Below the pieces are notes generated by a model that did no database searches, was not told the origin of the DNA, and saw only the letters and a program-made list of their open reading frames with translations. Below, one piece after another: positions 29,200-39,016 of a stretch of DNA of 55,048 nucleotides. Origin of the DNA: an uncultured Rickettsiales bacterium (GTDB lineage Bacteria; Pseudomonadota; Alphaproteobacteria; Rickettsiales; UBA6187); NCBI GenBank assembly GCA_964476705.1, contig CAYZBM010000003.1:1-55048 (forward strand). The letters run 5' to 3'. How positions within the stretch are numbered: position 1 is the stretch's first letter; every line of letters begins with the position of its first letter. The position numbers and the translations under genes are program-made.

Positions 29200-30153
29200 A
29201 TGCTAAATAGAAAATCCTTATACTTTATAAAAACTATAATTGCGAGTAGTTTACTAGTTTTATTTTTTAGTAAAATTGCTTCTGCTGATAATTTTAATTT
29301 AGATAATCAAAATAACCAACTGAAAACTGGCGCAAGTTTAGCTCAAGATTCAAGTGTCCCTGATTACAAATATACAAGTCCAGCAGCTGGTTATAATAAA
29401 GGTGTAGCCCCGCGTTATAATAGCGAAGTTAAAGTTTCTGAGCCAGCCGTAAATAAAGATTTTATGGACAAGTTAAAAGTAAAAATGGGTGTTGCAACTA
29501 TATATGCTCCTTATTACGAAGGTAGTGATGATTACGGTGGAATGATAGTTCCATCACTTAGTTTTTCATATGATAAATTTTATGCCTCAAGCAGAGATGG
29601 TATTGGCTATAATTTTGTGCAAGATCCTAATTTAACTATGAGTGCGGCTTTAGGCTATAATCCTGGGCGTAGAGAGCATCAACGTCATGCTTTAAATGGC
29701 TTGGGTAATGTAGATTCTGCTTTAACTACTAATCTTTATACTGAATATAGAACAGAGCCTTTTAGTTATAATCTTTTGGTTTCTGCTGATGCCTTTAATC
29801 AAAGTTATCATGGGTTAACTGCAACAATGGGTGCTTATTATAAACATAAACTTTATGATGATTATACTTTTAGCTTTGGACCATCTGCTACTTGGGCTAG
29901 TAGTAATTATATGCAAGCTTATTATGGTGTAGATAATACTCAATCACAGAATTCAGGTTATGAAGTTTTTAATGCTTCTTCTGGCTTTAAAGATGCTAAT
30001 CTTAATTCACAATTATCTTATCAATATGATACTAATACTTTATTTTATGGTACGGCTACTTACACCAAATTATTAGGTGATGCCGCAGATAGTCCGATTT
30101 CAATAAAAAATAATCAATATTTCTTTGGCGTGGGTGTTGACTATAGTTTATAA
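29200..30153 (+). CDS. MipA/OmpV-family outer-membrane beta-barrel protein
   Basis: Signal peptide ending ASA/D. Contains PYYEGSDDYGGMIVPSLSFSYDKFY and alternating aromatic beta-strand patterns through to the C-terminus. Confidence 0.7.
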   Translation: MLNRKSLYFIKTIIASSLLVLFFSKIASADNFNLDNQNNQLKTGASLAQDSSVPDYKYTSPAAGYNKGVAPRYNSEVKVSEPAVNKDFMDKLKVKMGVATIYAPYYEGSDDYGGMIVPSLSFSYDKFYASSRDGIGYNFVQDPNLTMSAALGYNPGRREHQRHALNGLGNVDSALTTNLYTEYRTEPFSYNLLVSADAFNQSYHGLTATMGAYYKHKLYDDYTFSFGPSATWASSNYMQAYYGVDNTQSQNSGYEVFNASSGFKDANLNSQLSYQYDTNTLFYGTATYTKLLGDAADSPISIKNNQYFFGVGVDYSL

Positions 30154-30211
30154 AATTGTTATGATGCTTTAACGCGCCTTAATGGTCGCTTAAAATGTTT
30201 ACCAAAATAAA

Positions 30212-30245
30212 AGGTCCAGGAGAAATTCTGGGCCTTTTTTTGTTT
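30212..30245 (+). terminator. Rho-independent terminator after the MipA-family gene
   Basis: AGGTCCAG / CTGGGCCT stem (one G-T pair) followed by TTTTTTTGTTTTT. Confidence 0.65.
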
Positions 30246-30318
30246 TTGCTTAATTTTTTTGTGCTTAATATTAGCCCTGCGAGACAACATATTGAATTAT
30301 AAAGATAAAATTAGAAGG

Positions 30319-30358
30319 TTAATAAAATGTTAATTTTGTAATATTAATGTAATGTTAA
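30319..30358 (+). promoter_or_regulatory. Two tandem TTAA-N7-TTAA motifs (CtrA-box pattern) upstream of the RcdA-like gene
   Basis: TTAATAAAATGTTAA (30319-30333) and TTAATGTAATGTTAA (30344-30358). The pattern is also expected by chance in AT-rich DNA. Confidence 0.3.
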
Positions 30359-30420
30359 TATGTTATATTAACTATTAGTTTAAGCGTTGACTTTAAAATC
30401 TAATCTAGGGTTGATATAGT

Positions 30421-30894
30421 ATGGCAGTAGTAAATAGAGGATTTGTATTTTTAGAAAGTTTAGAAAATGAAGCAAATAAGCTTTTAACCATTGCTAATGA
30501 ATTTTTTGCTTTGCAAAGTAAAGAGCAAGAAAGTTTAGATATTAGCAAAGAAGCGCGTCTTTCTTATGTGATTACTATGTCAAATATAAATGTTAGACTT
30601 TATAATGTTCTTGCCTGGATCCGTGAAATGAAAAAAATAGATTTTTCAAATTTAAATGGAACTACAGGTGGAGATAAAGAAAAAATTATCCAGTTTGAAG
30701 AAAAGATTTTTGATGATGAAATCTATTATGGTTATTTACCTAAGCTTATGATTCAATTAGCTTATATGAGTAACCAGTTACAAAGTAGGGTGTCCAGATT
30801 ACATACCGAGATTCTTAATTCGCAAGAACAACGCCCAAATGTAGTTATTGGTACTAATTGGAGCGCGAATGTTTTAAAGTTAAGGGCGAGTTAA
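30421..30894 (+). CDS. DUF1465-family protein, RcdA-like (regulator of CtrA degradation)
   Basis: Size (157 aa), helical character and the E..RL.Y..T.....RL..VLAW pattern resemble alphaproteobacterial DUF1465/RcdA. Assigned from memory of the family, not from a search. Confidence 0.45.
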   Translation: MAVVNRGFVFLESLENEANKLLTIANEFFALQSKEQESLDISKEARLSYVITMSNINVRLYNVLAWIREMKKIDFSNLNGTTGGDKEKIIQFEEKIFDDEIYYGYLPKLMIQLAYMSNQLQSRVSRLHTEILNSQEQRPNVVIGTNWSANVLKLRAS

Positions 30895-30901
30895 TAATTG
30901 G

Positions 30902-32533
30902 TTATAAAAATCCATTAGTAATAGGCTGCCTTCTATCACGGCCAAAAGCCATTTTAGAGATTTTAACGCCAGGCGCTGCTTGTCTACGTTTATATTCAGA
31001 ATTCTTTAGCATTAAAGCAATTTTCTGTACTAAATCTTTATTTAGTTTAAGCTTAGTACTAGTTTTAGCAATAGATGATCTTTCTTCGATAAGCTCATAT
31101 AATATTTTATCTAAAATTTCATAAGCAGGTAGACTATCTTGATCGGTTTGATTCGGCCGAAGTTCTGCTGTTGCTGGTTTGGTTAAAATATTTGTGGGGA
31201 TAATAATTTGTTTTTTATTGATAAATTTAGCTAACTCATAAATTTTAGTTTTATATAAATCTTTTAGCAGATTAAACCCGCCACACATATCACCATATAA
31301 TGTAGCATAGCCTGTAGCCATTTCAGATTTATTACCAGTTGTAAGTACCATTAGTCCGAATTTGTTGCTTAAAGCCATAAGCATTAGCCCGCGAATACGG
31401 GCTTGAATATTTTCTTCAGTAATATCTTTTTTATAATCTTTAAATAAATCTGCAGTAGCTGCATATATATTATCAACTGAGGATTTTATGTCAATAATTT
31501 CTAAATTTATTCCTAGATTATTCGCACATTCTTTAGCGTCTTTAATACTTTCTTTTGAAGTATAAATATAAGGTAGCATAACTAATCTTACTTTATTTTT
31601 ACCTAAAGCCTCTTTAGCTAAATAAGCACTAATTGCAGAATCTATTCCGCCTGACATGCCAATAATTACGCCTTTAAAATTATTTTTTTCAATATAATCT
31701 TTAAGGCCAAGTTTTAGCGCATTTAATATATGTTCATTAGTAGATAAAGTAGATGATTCTTTAGTTTTATTTTTAGTAGGAACATAAATTAAGTTCTTAT
31801 TTTTTTTCTGCCAATTAGAATAACTAATATTTTCTTGCCAATAATTTGTATAAATAATTTTGTTTTTATCCGGCAGAATAAAAGACCCGCCATCAAAAAC
31901 TACTTCATCTTGCCCGCCTATTTGATTGACATAAATTATCGGTAAGTTAGTTTTTGTCCTAATATTTTTAATTTGTTTTTCGCGGAGTTTATCTTTATTT
32001 AGTTCATAAGGTGAGGCGTTGATCGAGATTATGATGTCAGCACCTTGTTTTTTAAGTTCGTTAGCTGAGTTTTCTACCCAAATATCTTCACAAATTAATA
32101 GGCCGTAATTAATATTTTTATATTTAATAATTTTATTATCTTGTCCTGGAGTAAAGACTCTTTTTTCATCAAAAATACCATAATTAGGTAAATTGATTTT
32201 ATTTTTACTTGCAATTATTTTTCCCTCGGCAATAAAGAAGGCGGTATTATATAATTTTTTGGTTTTATTATTATTATCAATATTGCCTACTATGATTGCT
32301 GGACCATTTTTAGTGATTTTTGTTAATTTAACTAAAGCTTTTTTGGCCTGGTTTTGAAATTCGCTAAATAAAACTAAATCTTCAGCTGGATAGCCGGTTA
32401 TAGCCATTTCAGAAAAAATAACTAAATCAGCTTGTTCTTGTTTAGCTTTTATATAGGCTTGGTTAATTTTAGCGATATTACCAGTAATATCTCCGACAGT
32501 AAAATTTAATTGGCAGGAAGCAATTTTTAACAT
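30902..32533 (-). CDS. nadE: Glutamine-dependent NAD+ synthetase
   Basis: N-terminal CN-hydrolase domain (LLICEDIW) plus an NAD synthetase domain (MSGGIDSA). Confidence 0.95.
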   Translation of the reverse strand: MLKIASCQLNFTVGDITGNIAKINQAYIKAKQEQADLVIFSEMAITGYPAEDLVLFSEFQNQAKKALVKLTKITKNGPAIIVGNIDNNNKTKKLYNTAFFIAEGKIIASKNKINLPNYGIFDEKRVFTPGQDNKIIKYKNINYGLLICEDIWVENSANELKKQGADIIISINASPYELNKDKLREKQIKNIRTKTNLPIIYVNQIGGQDEVVFDGGSFILPDKNKIIYTNYWQENISYSNWQKKNKNLIYVPTKNKTKESSTLSTNEHILNALKLGLKDYIEKNNFKGVIIGMSGGIDSAISAYLAKEALGKNKVRLVMLPYIYTSKESIKDAKECANNLGINLEIIDIKSSVDNIYAATADLFKDYKKDITEENIQARIRGLMLMALSNKFGLMVLTTGNKSEMATGYATLYGDMCGGFNLLKDLYKTKIYELAKFINKKQIIIPTNILTKPATAELRPNQTDQDSLPAYEILDKILYELIEERSSIAKTSTKLKLNKDLVQKIALMLKNSEYKRRQAAPGVKISKMAFGRDRRQPITNGFL

Positions 32534-32549
32534 AGATTTCTATAAGGCC

Positions 32550-33485
32550 TTAAATCAATTTTTCAAATTCAGGGAGTATAGTAAATAAATCGCCAACTAG
32601 ACCATAATCAGCAATTTCAAATATTGGAGCATTTTCATCTTTATTAATGGCGACAATAATTTTACTATCTTTCATTCCGGCTAAATGTTGAATAGCTCCT
32701 GAAATACCAACTGCAATATATAATTCTGGTGCTACTATTTTACCAGTTTGGCCAACTTGATAATCATTAGGAACATATCCGGCATCAACTGCAGCGCGTG
32801 ATGCGCCAATAGCACAATTACCTAATTTATCAGCTATTTTTTTAAGGAGTGAAAAATTCTCCGCGCTTCCTAAACCGCGTCCTCCTGATATTACTATTTT
32901 AGCGCTAGTTAGTTCAGGTCCGGTTCCTCCTGATTCTTTACTAGTTACAAATTCTACTAAATTATTAGCAATTTTTGCAGTTAATTTTTCTTGTGGAATA
33001 TTTTGATTATTGTCAATTTTAGCTTTAGCAAAAGCGGTACTTCTGATAGTTAGAATCTTAATTTTATCTTCACTTTGAACCGTAGCTATAATATTTCCGG
33101 CATAAATAGGGCGCTTAAAGCTATTTTCGTTTAAAATTTCAATTACATCAGTTATTTGGCTCATATCTAGAAGGGCGGCAACTCTAGGTAATATGTTTTT
33201 ACCAAAGGTAGTTGCTGGAGCTAGTATATGGGTATAATTTTGAGCAATTTCTAAAATTAAAGCGCTAAAATTTTCAGCTAGAGGATTTTTATAAGTAGGA
33301 TCATCACAACTAATTACTTTAGTTAACCCCGTAATTTTTTTAGCATTTTCAATAACCTGTTCGCAGTTACTACCTAAAACTAAAAGTTCAACATCTTTAG
33401 CGATAATATTTGCGGCCATAATGCTGTTTAAAGTTGCATCTTTTATTACGCTATTATTATGCTCGGCTATAACTAAAACTTTCAT
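32550..33485 (-). CDS. etfA: Electron transfer flavoprotein subunit alpha
   Basis: PELYIAVGISGAIQHLAGM FAD-binding signature. Confidence 0.95.
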   Translation of the reverse strand: MKVLVIAEHNNSVIKDATLNSIMAANIIAKDVELLVLGSNCEQVIENAKKITGLTKVISCDDPTYKNPLAENFSALILEIAQNYTHILAPATTFGKNILPRVAALLDMSQITDVIEILNENSFKRPIYAGNIIATVQSEDKIKILTIRSTAFAKAKIDNNQNIPQEKLTAKIANNLVEFVTSKESGGTGPELTSAKIVISGGRGLGSAENFSLLKKIADKLGNCAIGASRAAVDAGYVPNDYQVGQTGKIVAPELYIAVGISGAIQHLAGMKDSKIIVAINKDENAPIFEIADYGLVGDLFTILPEFEKLI

Positions 33486-34231
33486 TATAATACTCCTGCC
33501 TCTTTTAATTTTGCGACTAATTCATTTACATCGGCAACTTTTTTGCCACCTACTCGTTTTTTAGGTTCTTCAACTTTGATAGTTTTAACATTAGTTTGTA
33601 AGCTTACATTAAAATCACTAGGTTTTTTCTTATCAAGTGGTTTACTGCGGGCTTTCATAATATTAGGTAAAGTTACATAACGTGGTTCATTTAATCTTAA
33701 ATCTGTAGTTATTATTGCAGGTAGAGTTACTTTAATTACCTCAGTACCACTATCTACTTCGCGATCAATTATAGCTTGTCTGTCTTTTAGTTCAATTTTG
33801 GAAGCAAAAGTTGCTTGTGGCCAGGCAAGTAATGCGCTTAACATTTGACCAGTTTGATTACAATCATCATCAATTGCTTGTTTGCCCATGATTACTAAAT
33901 CTATTTTTTGCTCTAAGGTAATATTTTTTAAGATTTTAGCTACAGGTAAGGGGCTTGTTTCCTCGTTAGTTTCAACCAATATTGCTCTATCGGCACCCAT
34001 GGCCAGAGCGGTTCTTAAGATATCTTCAGCTTTATTTGGGCCTATAGTTACTACGATAATTTCTGCAGCTAAATTTTTTTCTTTTAAACGAATAGCTTCT
34101 TCAACGGCAATTTCATCAAAAGGATTTATAGACATTTTTACATTTTCTATGTCGACCATGCTGCAGTCTGACTTGGCACGTACTTTTATATTGTAATCAA
34201 CTACACGTTTTATCGGTACTAGAATTTTCAT
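33485..34231 (-). CDS. etfB: Electron transfer flavoprotein subunit beta
   Basis: [13 protein letters not shown] start and ETF-beta fold motifs. Its stop overlaps the etfA start. Confidence 0.95.
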   Translation of the reverse strand: MKILVPIKRVVDYNIKVRAKSDCSMVDIENVKMSINPFDEIAVEEAIRLKEKNLAAEIIVVTIGPNKAEDILRTALAMGADRAILVETNEETSPLPVAKILKNITLEQKIDLVIMGKQAIDDDCNQTGQMLSALLAWPQATFASKIELKDRQAIIDREVDSGTEVIKVTLPAIITTDLRLNEPRYVTLPNIMKARSKPLDKKKPSDFNVSLQTNVKTIKVEEPKKRVGGKKVADVNELVAKLKEAGVL

Positions 34232-34255
34232 ATTTTATTATCTCCCTTGTTATAA

Positions 34256-34384
34256 TATAGCAGTTAAAGTTTGCGCTTTCCTAAATTTTTTATGGATCCA
34301 GGTTTAAGTACCCTGGATATGTAGCATCATAGCAATGATTTATTTAAATAATTAAAACGGAAAATCATTGCTTAATCTACTATA
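34256..34384 (+). repeat. Modular palindromic repeat, L' + S copy
   Basis: TATAGCAGTTAAAGTTTGCGCTTTCCTAAATTTTTTAT + GGATCCAGGTTTAAGTACCCTGGATAT (stem ATCCAGG/CCTGGAT) + H2, ending AATCTACTATA. Confidence 0.9.
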
Positions 34385-34460
34385 ATTTCGGCTACTCACT
34401 CTTTTAATTAATCTTTTAGCATTATGGTGGGGATTTGTTAAATAATTATTAACAATAGGA

Positions 34461-34649
34461 TTATTTCTTAAGTAAATATAGCAAAAACAAGCTAATAATG
34501 GTAAGAAATTGCATAATAACGCGCAAAGCCATAAGTTTAGTACTGTATTTTTTATTTTGTTTGCCACCAATGGCTAGCAGTACAAGCCCTGCAACTAAAG
34601 CCAGTACAGTTAAAGTAAGGAAGATAAGAACTAGAGAATAACCGAACAT
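34461..34649 (-). CDS. Twin-transmembrane-helix small protein (HIG1-domain-like)
   Basis: 62 aa with two hydrophobic helices separated by GGKQNKKYSTKLM. Resembles the small HIG1-like proteins of alphaproteobacteria. Confidence 0.55.
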   Translation of the reverse strand: MFGYSLVLIFLTLTVLALVAGLVLLAIGGKQNKKYSTKLMALRVIMQFLTIISLFLLYLLKK

Positions 34650-34671
34650 ATCTATACCTTAAAGCAATTAT

Positions 34672-34721
34672 GAGTTAATTAAAAAAACAAAAAAGGCAGC
34701 TTTTTATAAAGGCTGCCTTTT
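34672..34721 (-). terminator. Rho-independent terminator downstream of rpmG
   Basis: AAAAGGCAGC / GCTGCCTTTT arms. On the minus strand the hairpin is followed by TTTTTTGTTTTTTT. Confidence 0.7.
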
Positions 34722-34769
34722 AATGATATAGTTTTTGCGGTCAAAAACAACTTTAATTTTAAGGATAAT

Positions 34770-34991
34770 TTAAGCTGAGTGACTTGGCATTTTCTTTTCA
34801 ACAAACTTAACATGCATGCCAGTTTTGCCAGGAGTTTTTGGATTCACAGCCTTTGGATCATATTTAGTGAATTCTAATTTTTCAGTTTGTTTTTTTGGAT
34901 TACGTTTTTTAACAAAATAAACCCCAGTTGGCTTACCTTTAGTGTTTAAACCAGTGCTAGTTAATTTTACTAATGTATATTTTTTGGCCAT
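34770..34991 (-). CDS. rpmG: 50S ribosomal protein L33 (unusually long, 73 aa)
   Basis: MAKK...VKLTST...TG..Y..KRN....EKLEF.KYDP pattern. An extra segment ([12 protein letters not shown]) precedes HVKFVEKK, and there is a C-terminal tail. Confidence 0.85.
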   Translation of the reverse strand: MAKKYTLVKLTSTGLNTKGKPTGVYFVKKRNPKKQTEKLEFTKYDPKAVNPKTPGKTGMHVKFVEKKMPSHSA

Positions 34992-35073
34992 TTTTTAAAC
35001 TTCTGTATCTGTAATTGAATAAATTATATTTTGCTTTAATATAGGCTTTTCCCTATAAGTATATAGGAAGGGC

Positions 35074-35102
35074 AAAATATATTGTAGCTTGAGCTTTGTC
35101 AA
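35074..35102 (-). promoter_or_regulatory. Sigma70-type promoter for rpmG
   Basis: On the minus strand: TTGACA (35102-35097), 17-nt spacer, TATTTT (35079-35074), then the C-rich tract GCCCTTCC. Confidence 0.45.
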
Positions 35103-35152
35103 GCAACAAGCATAATAAACTTGGGCTTTAAAGCAAAATAAGGGATGTTATA

Positions 35153-36025
35153 ATGAAAAATATAAGAAAAGCGGTGTTTCCAGTAGGTGGTAGAGGGACT
35201 AGATTTTTGCCGGCAACTAAGTCTGTGCCTAAAGAAATGCTATCGGTTGCTGCTAAACCTCTAATTCAATATGCTTACGAAGAAGCTTTAGAGGCGGGGA
35301 TTGAAGAATTTATTTTTATTACTGGGCGTAATAAAAATGCTATAAATAACCATTTTAACCATGCTTATGAACTACAGTCATTTTTAAGTAAAAAAGAGCA
35401 GTTTGATACTTTAGCTAAGGTTAAAAGTTGGTTACCTAAGGCTGGAAATATCGTTTTTATTCCCCAACAAGAGCCTTTTGGCTTAGGTCATGCAGTTTGG
35501 TGTGCGCGAAATGTAATTGGTAATGAACCTTTTGCGGTAATTTTGGCTGATGAAATGGTTTTAGATGAAACTCCAGCCTTAAAACAAATGTTAGGTAGTT
35601 ATAAAAAAGTTAAAAGTAACATTATTGCCGTTGCTGAAGTTGCCAGAAATCAGGTGCAAAATTATGGAATTATTGCTAAAGAACAAGACATTAGCGCAAA
35701 TTTAAGTAAGATAAAGACTATGGTTGAAAAGCCAGACCCTAGCGAGGCTCCGTCTAATCTTTCAATAACTGGTAGATATATATTGCAGCCAGAAATATTT
35801 GACTATCTAGAAAAAGTCATAAAAAACCATGACGGTAAAGGAGAGATTCAATTAACCGATGCTATGGCTTTTATGGCTAAGAAACATGATTTTTATGCCC
35901 ATAAACTTAAAGGACAAAGATTTGACTGTGGTGTAAGATCAGGTTTTTTAGAAGCTAATATTGCTTATGAAATGCTCGAAATGGGCGAAAAAGCGGTTAA
36001 GGATATTTTGCGGAAATATATTTAG
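35153..36025 (+). CDS. galU: UTP-glucose-1-phosphate uridylyltransferase
   Basis: KAVFPVGGRGTRFLPATKSVPKEML signature. Confidence 0.95.
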   Translation: MKNIRKAVFPVGGRGTRFLPATKSVPKEMLSVAAKPLIQYAYEEALEAGIEEFIFITGRNKNAINNHFNHAYELQSFLSKKEQFDTLAKVKSWLPKAGNIVFIPQQEPFGLGHAVWCARNVIGNEPFAVILADEMVLDETPALKQMLGSYKKVKSNIIAVAEVARNQVQNYGIIAKEQDISANLSKIKTMVEKPDPSEAPSNLSITGRYILQPEIFDYLEKVIKNHDGKGEIQLTDAMAFMAKKHDFYAHKLKGQRFDCGVRSGFLEANIAYEMLEMGEKAVKDILRKYI

Positions 36026-36026
36026 T

Positions 36027-36446
36027 TTAGGCTATTTTGTTATAACTATGTTGGCTTAAAAAAATGCTATTAAAGGCAGTGTTAGGCTTTTTAGTTGGAA
36101 TTGGATTTTTTTCCGGAAATTCTTCTAGTATTAATTTTTTTTCTTTGGCGTAATCTGCCGCTTTTTTGTTGTTGCTATCTATATAATCAAGATTGGCACT
36201 GCTTTGAATTAAGAATGTAATTATATCTTTTTGAGTGTTTTTATCAGATTTGGTTTCAGGGGTTGCTTCTATTGCAAGCATTAATAAACTTTTTTTAGGT
36301 TCGTCTCTTAATCTAAGATTAACAAGTTTATTTCTTTCTTCATCATCTAACATTGATAAAGTTATCCAAATATAAGAGTATGATTTTTTGCTTGGGATAG
36401 ATACGGATTTTATTAGCTTTCTAACTATTTGATTATTTTCTACCAT
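36027..36446 (-). CDS. Hypothetical protein (139 aa) with one ankyrin-repeat-like segment
   Basis: SLLMLAIEA...DIITFLIQSSANLDYIDSNNKKAADYA fits the loose ANK pattern (L..A......v..LL..gA..n..D..g.tA.d.A). Convergent with galU, 1 nt apart. Confidence 0.45.
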   Translation of the reverse strand: MVENNQIVRKLIKSVSIPSKKSYSYIWITLSMLDDEERNKLVNLRLRDEPKKSLLMLAIEATPETKSDKNTQKDIITFLIQSSANLDYIDSNNKKAADYAKEKKLILEEFPEKNPIPTKKPNTAFNSIFLSQHSYNKIA

Positions 36447-36607
36447 GTCAGTCTCTTTTTTTTAATTCGCCTTGGTAATATATTAATATATTAATAAATT
36501 ACCTTTTGAAATTTTGCAATTAAAAAAATGAAAAAAATATATCATATTTTTATTTACGAGGTTATCTTAAGCGAAAATATATTATTTAGGTGGAGTAGTA
36601 TTAAATT

Positions 36608-37930
36608 ATGAAAATTACAGTAATTGGTACGGGTTATGTTGGGTTGGTGTCTGGAGCTTGTTTTGCTAAATTAGGACATGATGTAATTTGTGTCGATAAA
36701 GATAAAGATAAAATTACCAATCTTAAAAAGGGTATTATTCCGATTTATGAACCAGGGTTAAAAGATCTGGTATTTACTACTGTAGCTAAAAATAAACTAT
36801 CTTTTACTGCAGATTTAAAGTTAGCTTTAGCTAAAACTGAAATAGTTATTATCGCTGTAGGTACGCCAACTGATGATAAAACTGGCGATGCAGATTTATC
36901 TTATGTATTTGCTGCGGTTAAAGAAATTGCTATTTTGCTTAAAAAAAAGATAGTTTTTTTAGTTAAATCGACAGTACCTGTAGGTACAAATGCTAAAATA
37001 AAAAAAATAGTAACTGAATTAAGACCGGATCTTAAATGTTCTTTTGTTTCAAATCCTGAATTTTTGCGCGAAGGAAGTGCGATAAAAGATTTTATGGAGC
37101 CTGACCGGGTGTTAATTGGCGTAGAATCGAATAAAGATAAAAAAACTATGCTAGATTTATATAAAAAATTAGCACAAAAAAAATATCCAATTCTATTTAC
37201 CGATATAGCAAGTGCTGAACTTACTAAATATGCAGCTAATGCTTTTTTAGCGATGAAAACTTCATTTGTTAATGAGATAGCAAATATTTGTGATGCAGTA
37301 AAGGCTAATATAGAAGATGTAGTTTTAGGAATAGGAATGGATCAACGAATTGGTTTAAAACATATGAAGCCTGGCCCTGGTTATGGCGGTTCTTGTTTTC
37401 CTAAAGATAATTTAGCCTTAGTTGGGATTGCTAAAAGAGTTGGAGCTAGATCAAGTATAGTTGAAACAGTTATAAAGAGTAATGAACTGCACAAACTAAA
37501 AATGGCCGAGAAAATAAATAAAGTTTTTAAGCAAGAATTAAAAAATAAAAAAATTGCAATATTAGGCCTAACTTTTAAAGCCAATACAGATGATATGCGT
37601 TATGCAGCTTCTTTAACCATAATTCCTAAATTACTTGAATATGGGGCTATCTTAAATTTATATGATCCAGAAGGAATGAAGGAAGCGCAAAAATATTTAT
37701 CCTTACCAGATAACAAAAAGCAAATGAGTTTTACTAATTCGTTAGAAGTTGCAATAAAAGATGTTGATGCTGTGGTAATTTTAACTGAATGGGCTGAATT
37801 TACAAAAATCACCCCGCTAAAATTAAAGAAAAATATGGCAGGTAAAATAATTTTTGATTTTAGAAATATATTAGAATCTAAATTATTTAAAAAAGCTGGA
37901 TTTGAATATTTTGGTATAGGAAGAAGATAA
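36608..37930 (+). CDS. ugd: UDP-glucose 6-dehydrogenase
   Basis: GTGYVGLVSGACFA Rossmann motif and the catalytic GGSCFPKD. Confidence 0.95.
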   Translation: MKITVIGTGYVGLVSGACFAKLGHDVICVDKDKDKITNLKKGIIPIYEPGLKDLVFTTVAKNKLSFTADLKLALAKTEIVIIAVGTPTDDKTGDADLSYVFAAVKEIAILLKKKIVFLVKSTVPVGTNAKIKKIVTELRPDLKCSFVSNPEFLREGSAIKDFMEPDRVLIGVESNKDKKTMLDLYKKLAQKKYPILFTDIASAELTKYAANAFLAMKTSFVNEIANICDAVKANIEDVVLGIGMDQRIGLKHMKPGPGYGGSCFPKDNLALVGIAKRVGARSSIVETVIKSNELHKLKMAEKINKVFKQELKNKKIAILGLTFKANTDDMRYAASLTIIPKLLEYGAILNLYDPEGMKEAQKYLSLPDNKKQMSFTNSLEVAIKDVDAVVILTEWAEFTKITPLKLKKNMAGKIIFDFRNILESKLFKKAGFEYFGIGRR

Positions 37931-38041
37931 TATAACTTAAATATTAAAAAATATTTTGCTCAACCTTGTATTAGTTTTTTTTGCTGCTATATTTTTAATC
38001 TAGGATAAAAAAACAAAAAATCTTTATGTGAGGAAAAAAAT

Positions 38042-38335
38042 ATGTCATACGGAGTTACTGCTGAGCAATTACGTTCTTATATCGAAAGATTAGAGCGCCT
38101 TGAAGAAGAAAAAAAGAATATGGCACAAGATATGAAAGAAGTCTTTGCTGAAGCTAAAGGTAATGGTTTTGATGTTAAGACTATTCGTACTATTTTAAGA
38201 TTACGTAAAATGGATGCTAATGATCTACAAGAGCAAGAATATTTACTCGATACCTACAAAAGAGCTTTAGGTATGCTTCCGGAAATGGAAGAGGAAAGTA
38301 CTGAAGTTGCCGAAAAAGAAGCGCAAGCGGCTTAA
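38042..38335 (+). CDS. gapR: DUF2312/UPF0335 protein, GapR-type nucleoid-associated protein
   Basis: LRSYIERLERLEEEKKNMAQDMKEVFAEAKGNGFDVKTIRTILRLRKMD closely matches the conserved core of Caulobacter GapR. Confidence 0.85.
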   Translation: MSYGVTAEQLRSYIERLERLEEEKKNMAQDMKEVFAEAKGNGFDVKTIRTILRLRKMDANDLQEQEYLLDTYKRALGMLPEMEEESTEVAEKEAQAA

Positions 38336-38439
38336 GGTGTAATTTATAATCTATACTACAGGAAGCTCCCAAGTATAGATTATCCATTATTATAACTGAA
38401 AAAATATCGTAAGATATTTTTTCACGGGCAACTATATTA

Positions 38440-38590
38440 TATAGTATTTCATGATTGAAATGACCTATATTATGGATCCTGAACAAAACATAAATAGTAT
38501 TATAAGTATATGTTTTTTCAGGATATATAGCATCATAGAAATAATTTAATAATTATTGATTAGAGGTAAATTATTTCTTGATCTACTATA
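38440..38590 (+). repeat. Modular palindromic repeat, A + H2 copy
   Basis: Near-identical to 135-286, including ~15 nt of upstream flank (TTTTCAC...ACTATA). H2 inner stem is AGAAATAATTT/AAATTATTTCT. Confidence 0.9.
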
Positions 38591-38642
38591 TATTGTAAGA
38601 TGTTTTTTCGCTGAGGACTTTATATCCCGGTCGTAAAGCAAC

Positions 38643-38688
38643 AAAAAAAGCTCCTCACAAAATTAATGTAAGGAGCTTCTTTTTTTTA
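38643..38688. terminator. Bidirectional rho-independent terminator
   Basis: AAGCTCCT / AGGAGCTT stem with an A7 run upstream and a T8 run downstream. Serves the minus-strand DUF465 gene and possibly gapR. Confidence 0.7.
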
Positions 38689-38698
38689 TTTCGCAGTA

Positions 38699-38881
38699 TT
38701 AAGCGGCTTTAGCCAGATGTACGCTGCGCTCTAGAGCTGCTATTTCATCCTTAATACTAAGTTTTTCCCTCTTTAATGTCAGGGCCTCGTCGGACCTGTG
38801 ATGCTTATATGCATTATATATTTTTTCTTCTAATTCATGATGCTTCTTGTATAAAGAGTCAATATGTGCTTTAATAGACAT
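38699..38881 (-). CDS. DUF465 (YdcH-like) small coiled-coil protein
   Basis: 60 aa; the HELEEKI....H.....D.....LKREKL.IKDEI pattern is typical of DUF465. Confidence 0.7.
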   Translation of the reverse strand: MSIKAHIDSLYKKHHELEEKIYNAYKHHRSDEALTLKREKLSIKDEIAALERSVHLAKAA

Positions 38882-39016
38882 TAAGAACCTCCAATTTTGT
38901 AAGAATTATAGACATAAAATTATTGCTATCATTATAACATATTTTTTGTAATTCTGCTAAATAATTTTTTAAAAATATAGTTAATAAATAGTTAAAAAAT
39001 AACATAATTTTTAAAT

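Noticed and set aside
34352-34570. 72-aa minus-strand ORF overlapping the HIG1-like gene, and the 89-aa ORF at 38217..38486
   Set aside because: Both read through palindromic repeat copies and overlap better-supported genes (the HIG1-like protein and gapR). They are most likely spurious.
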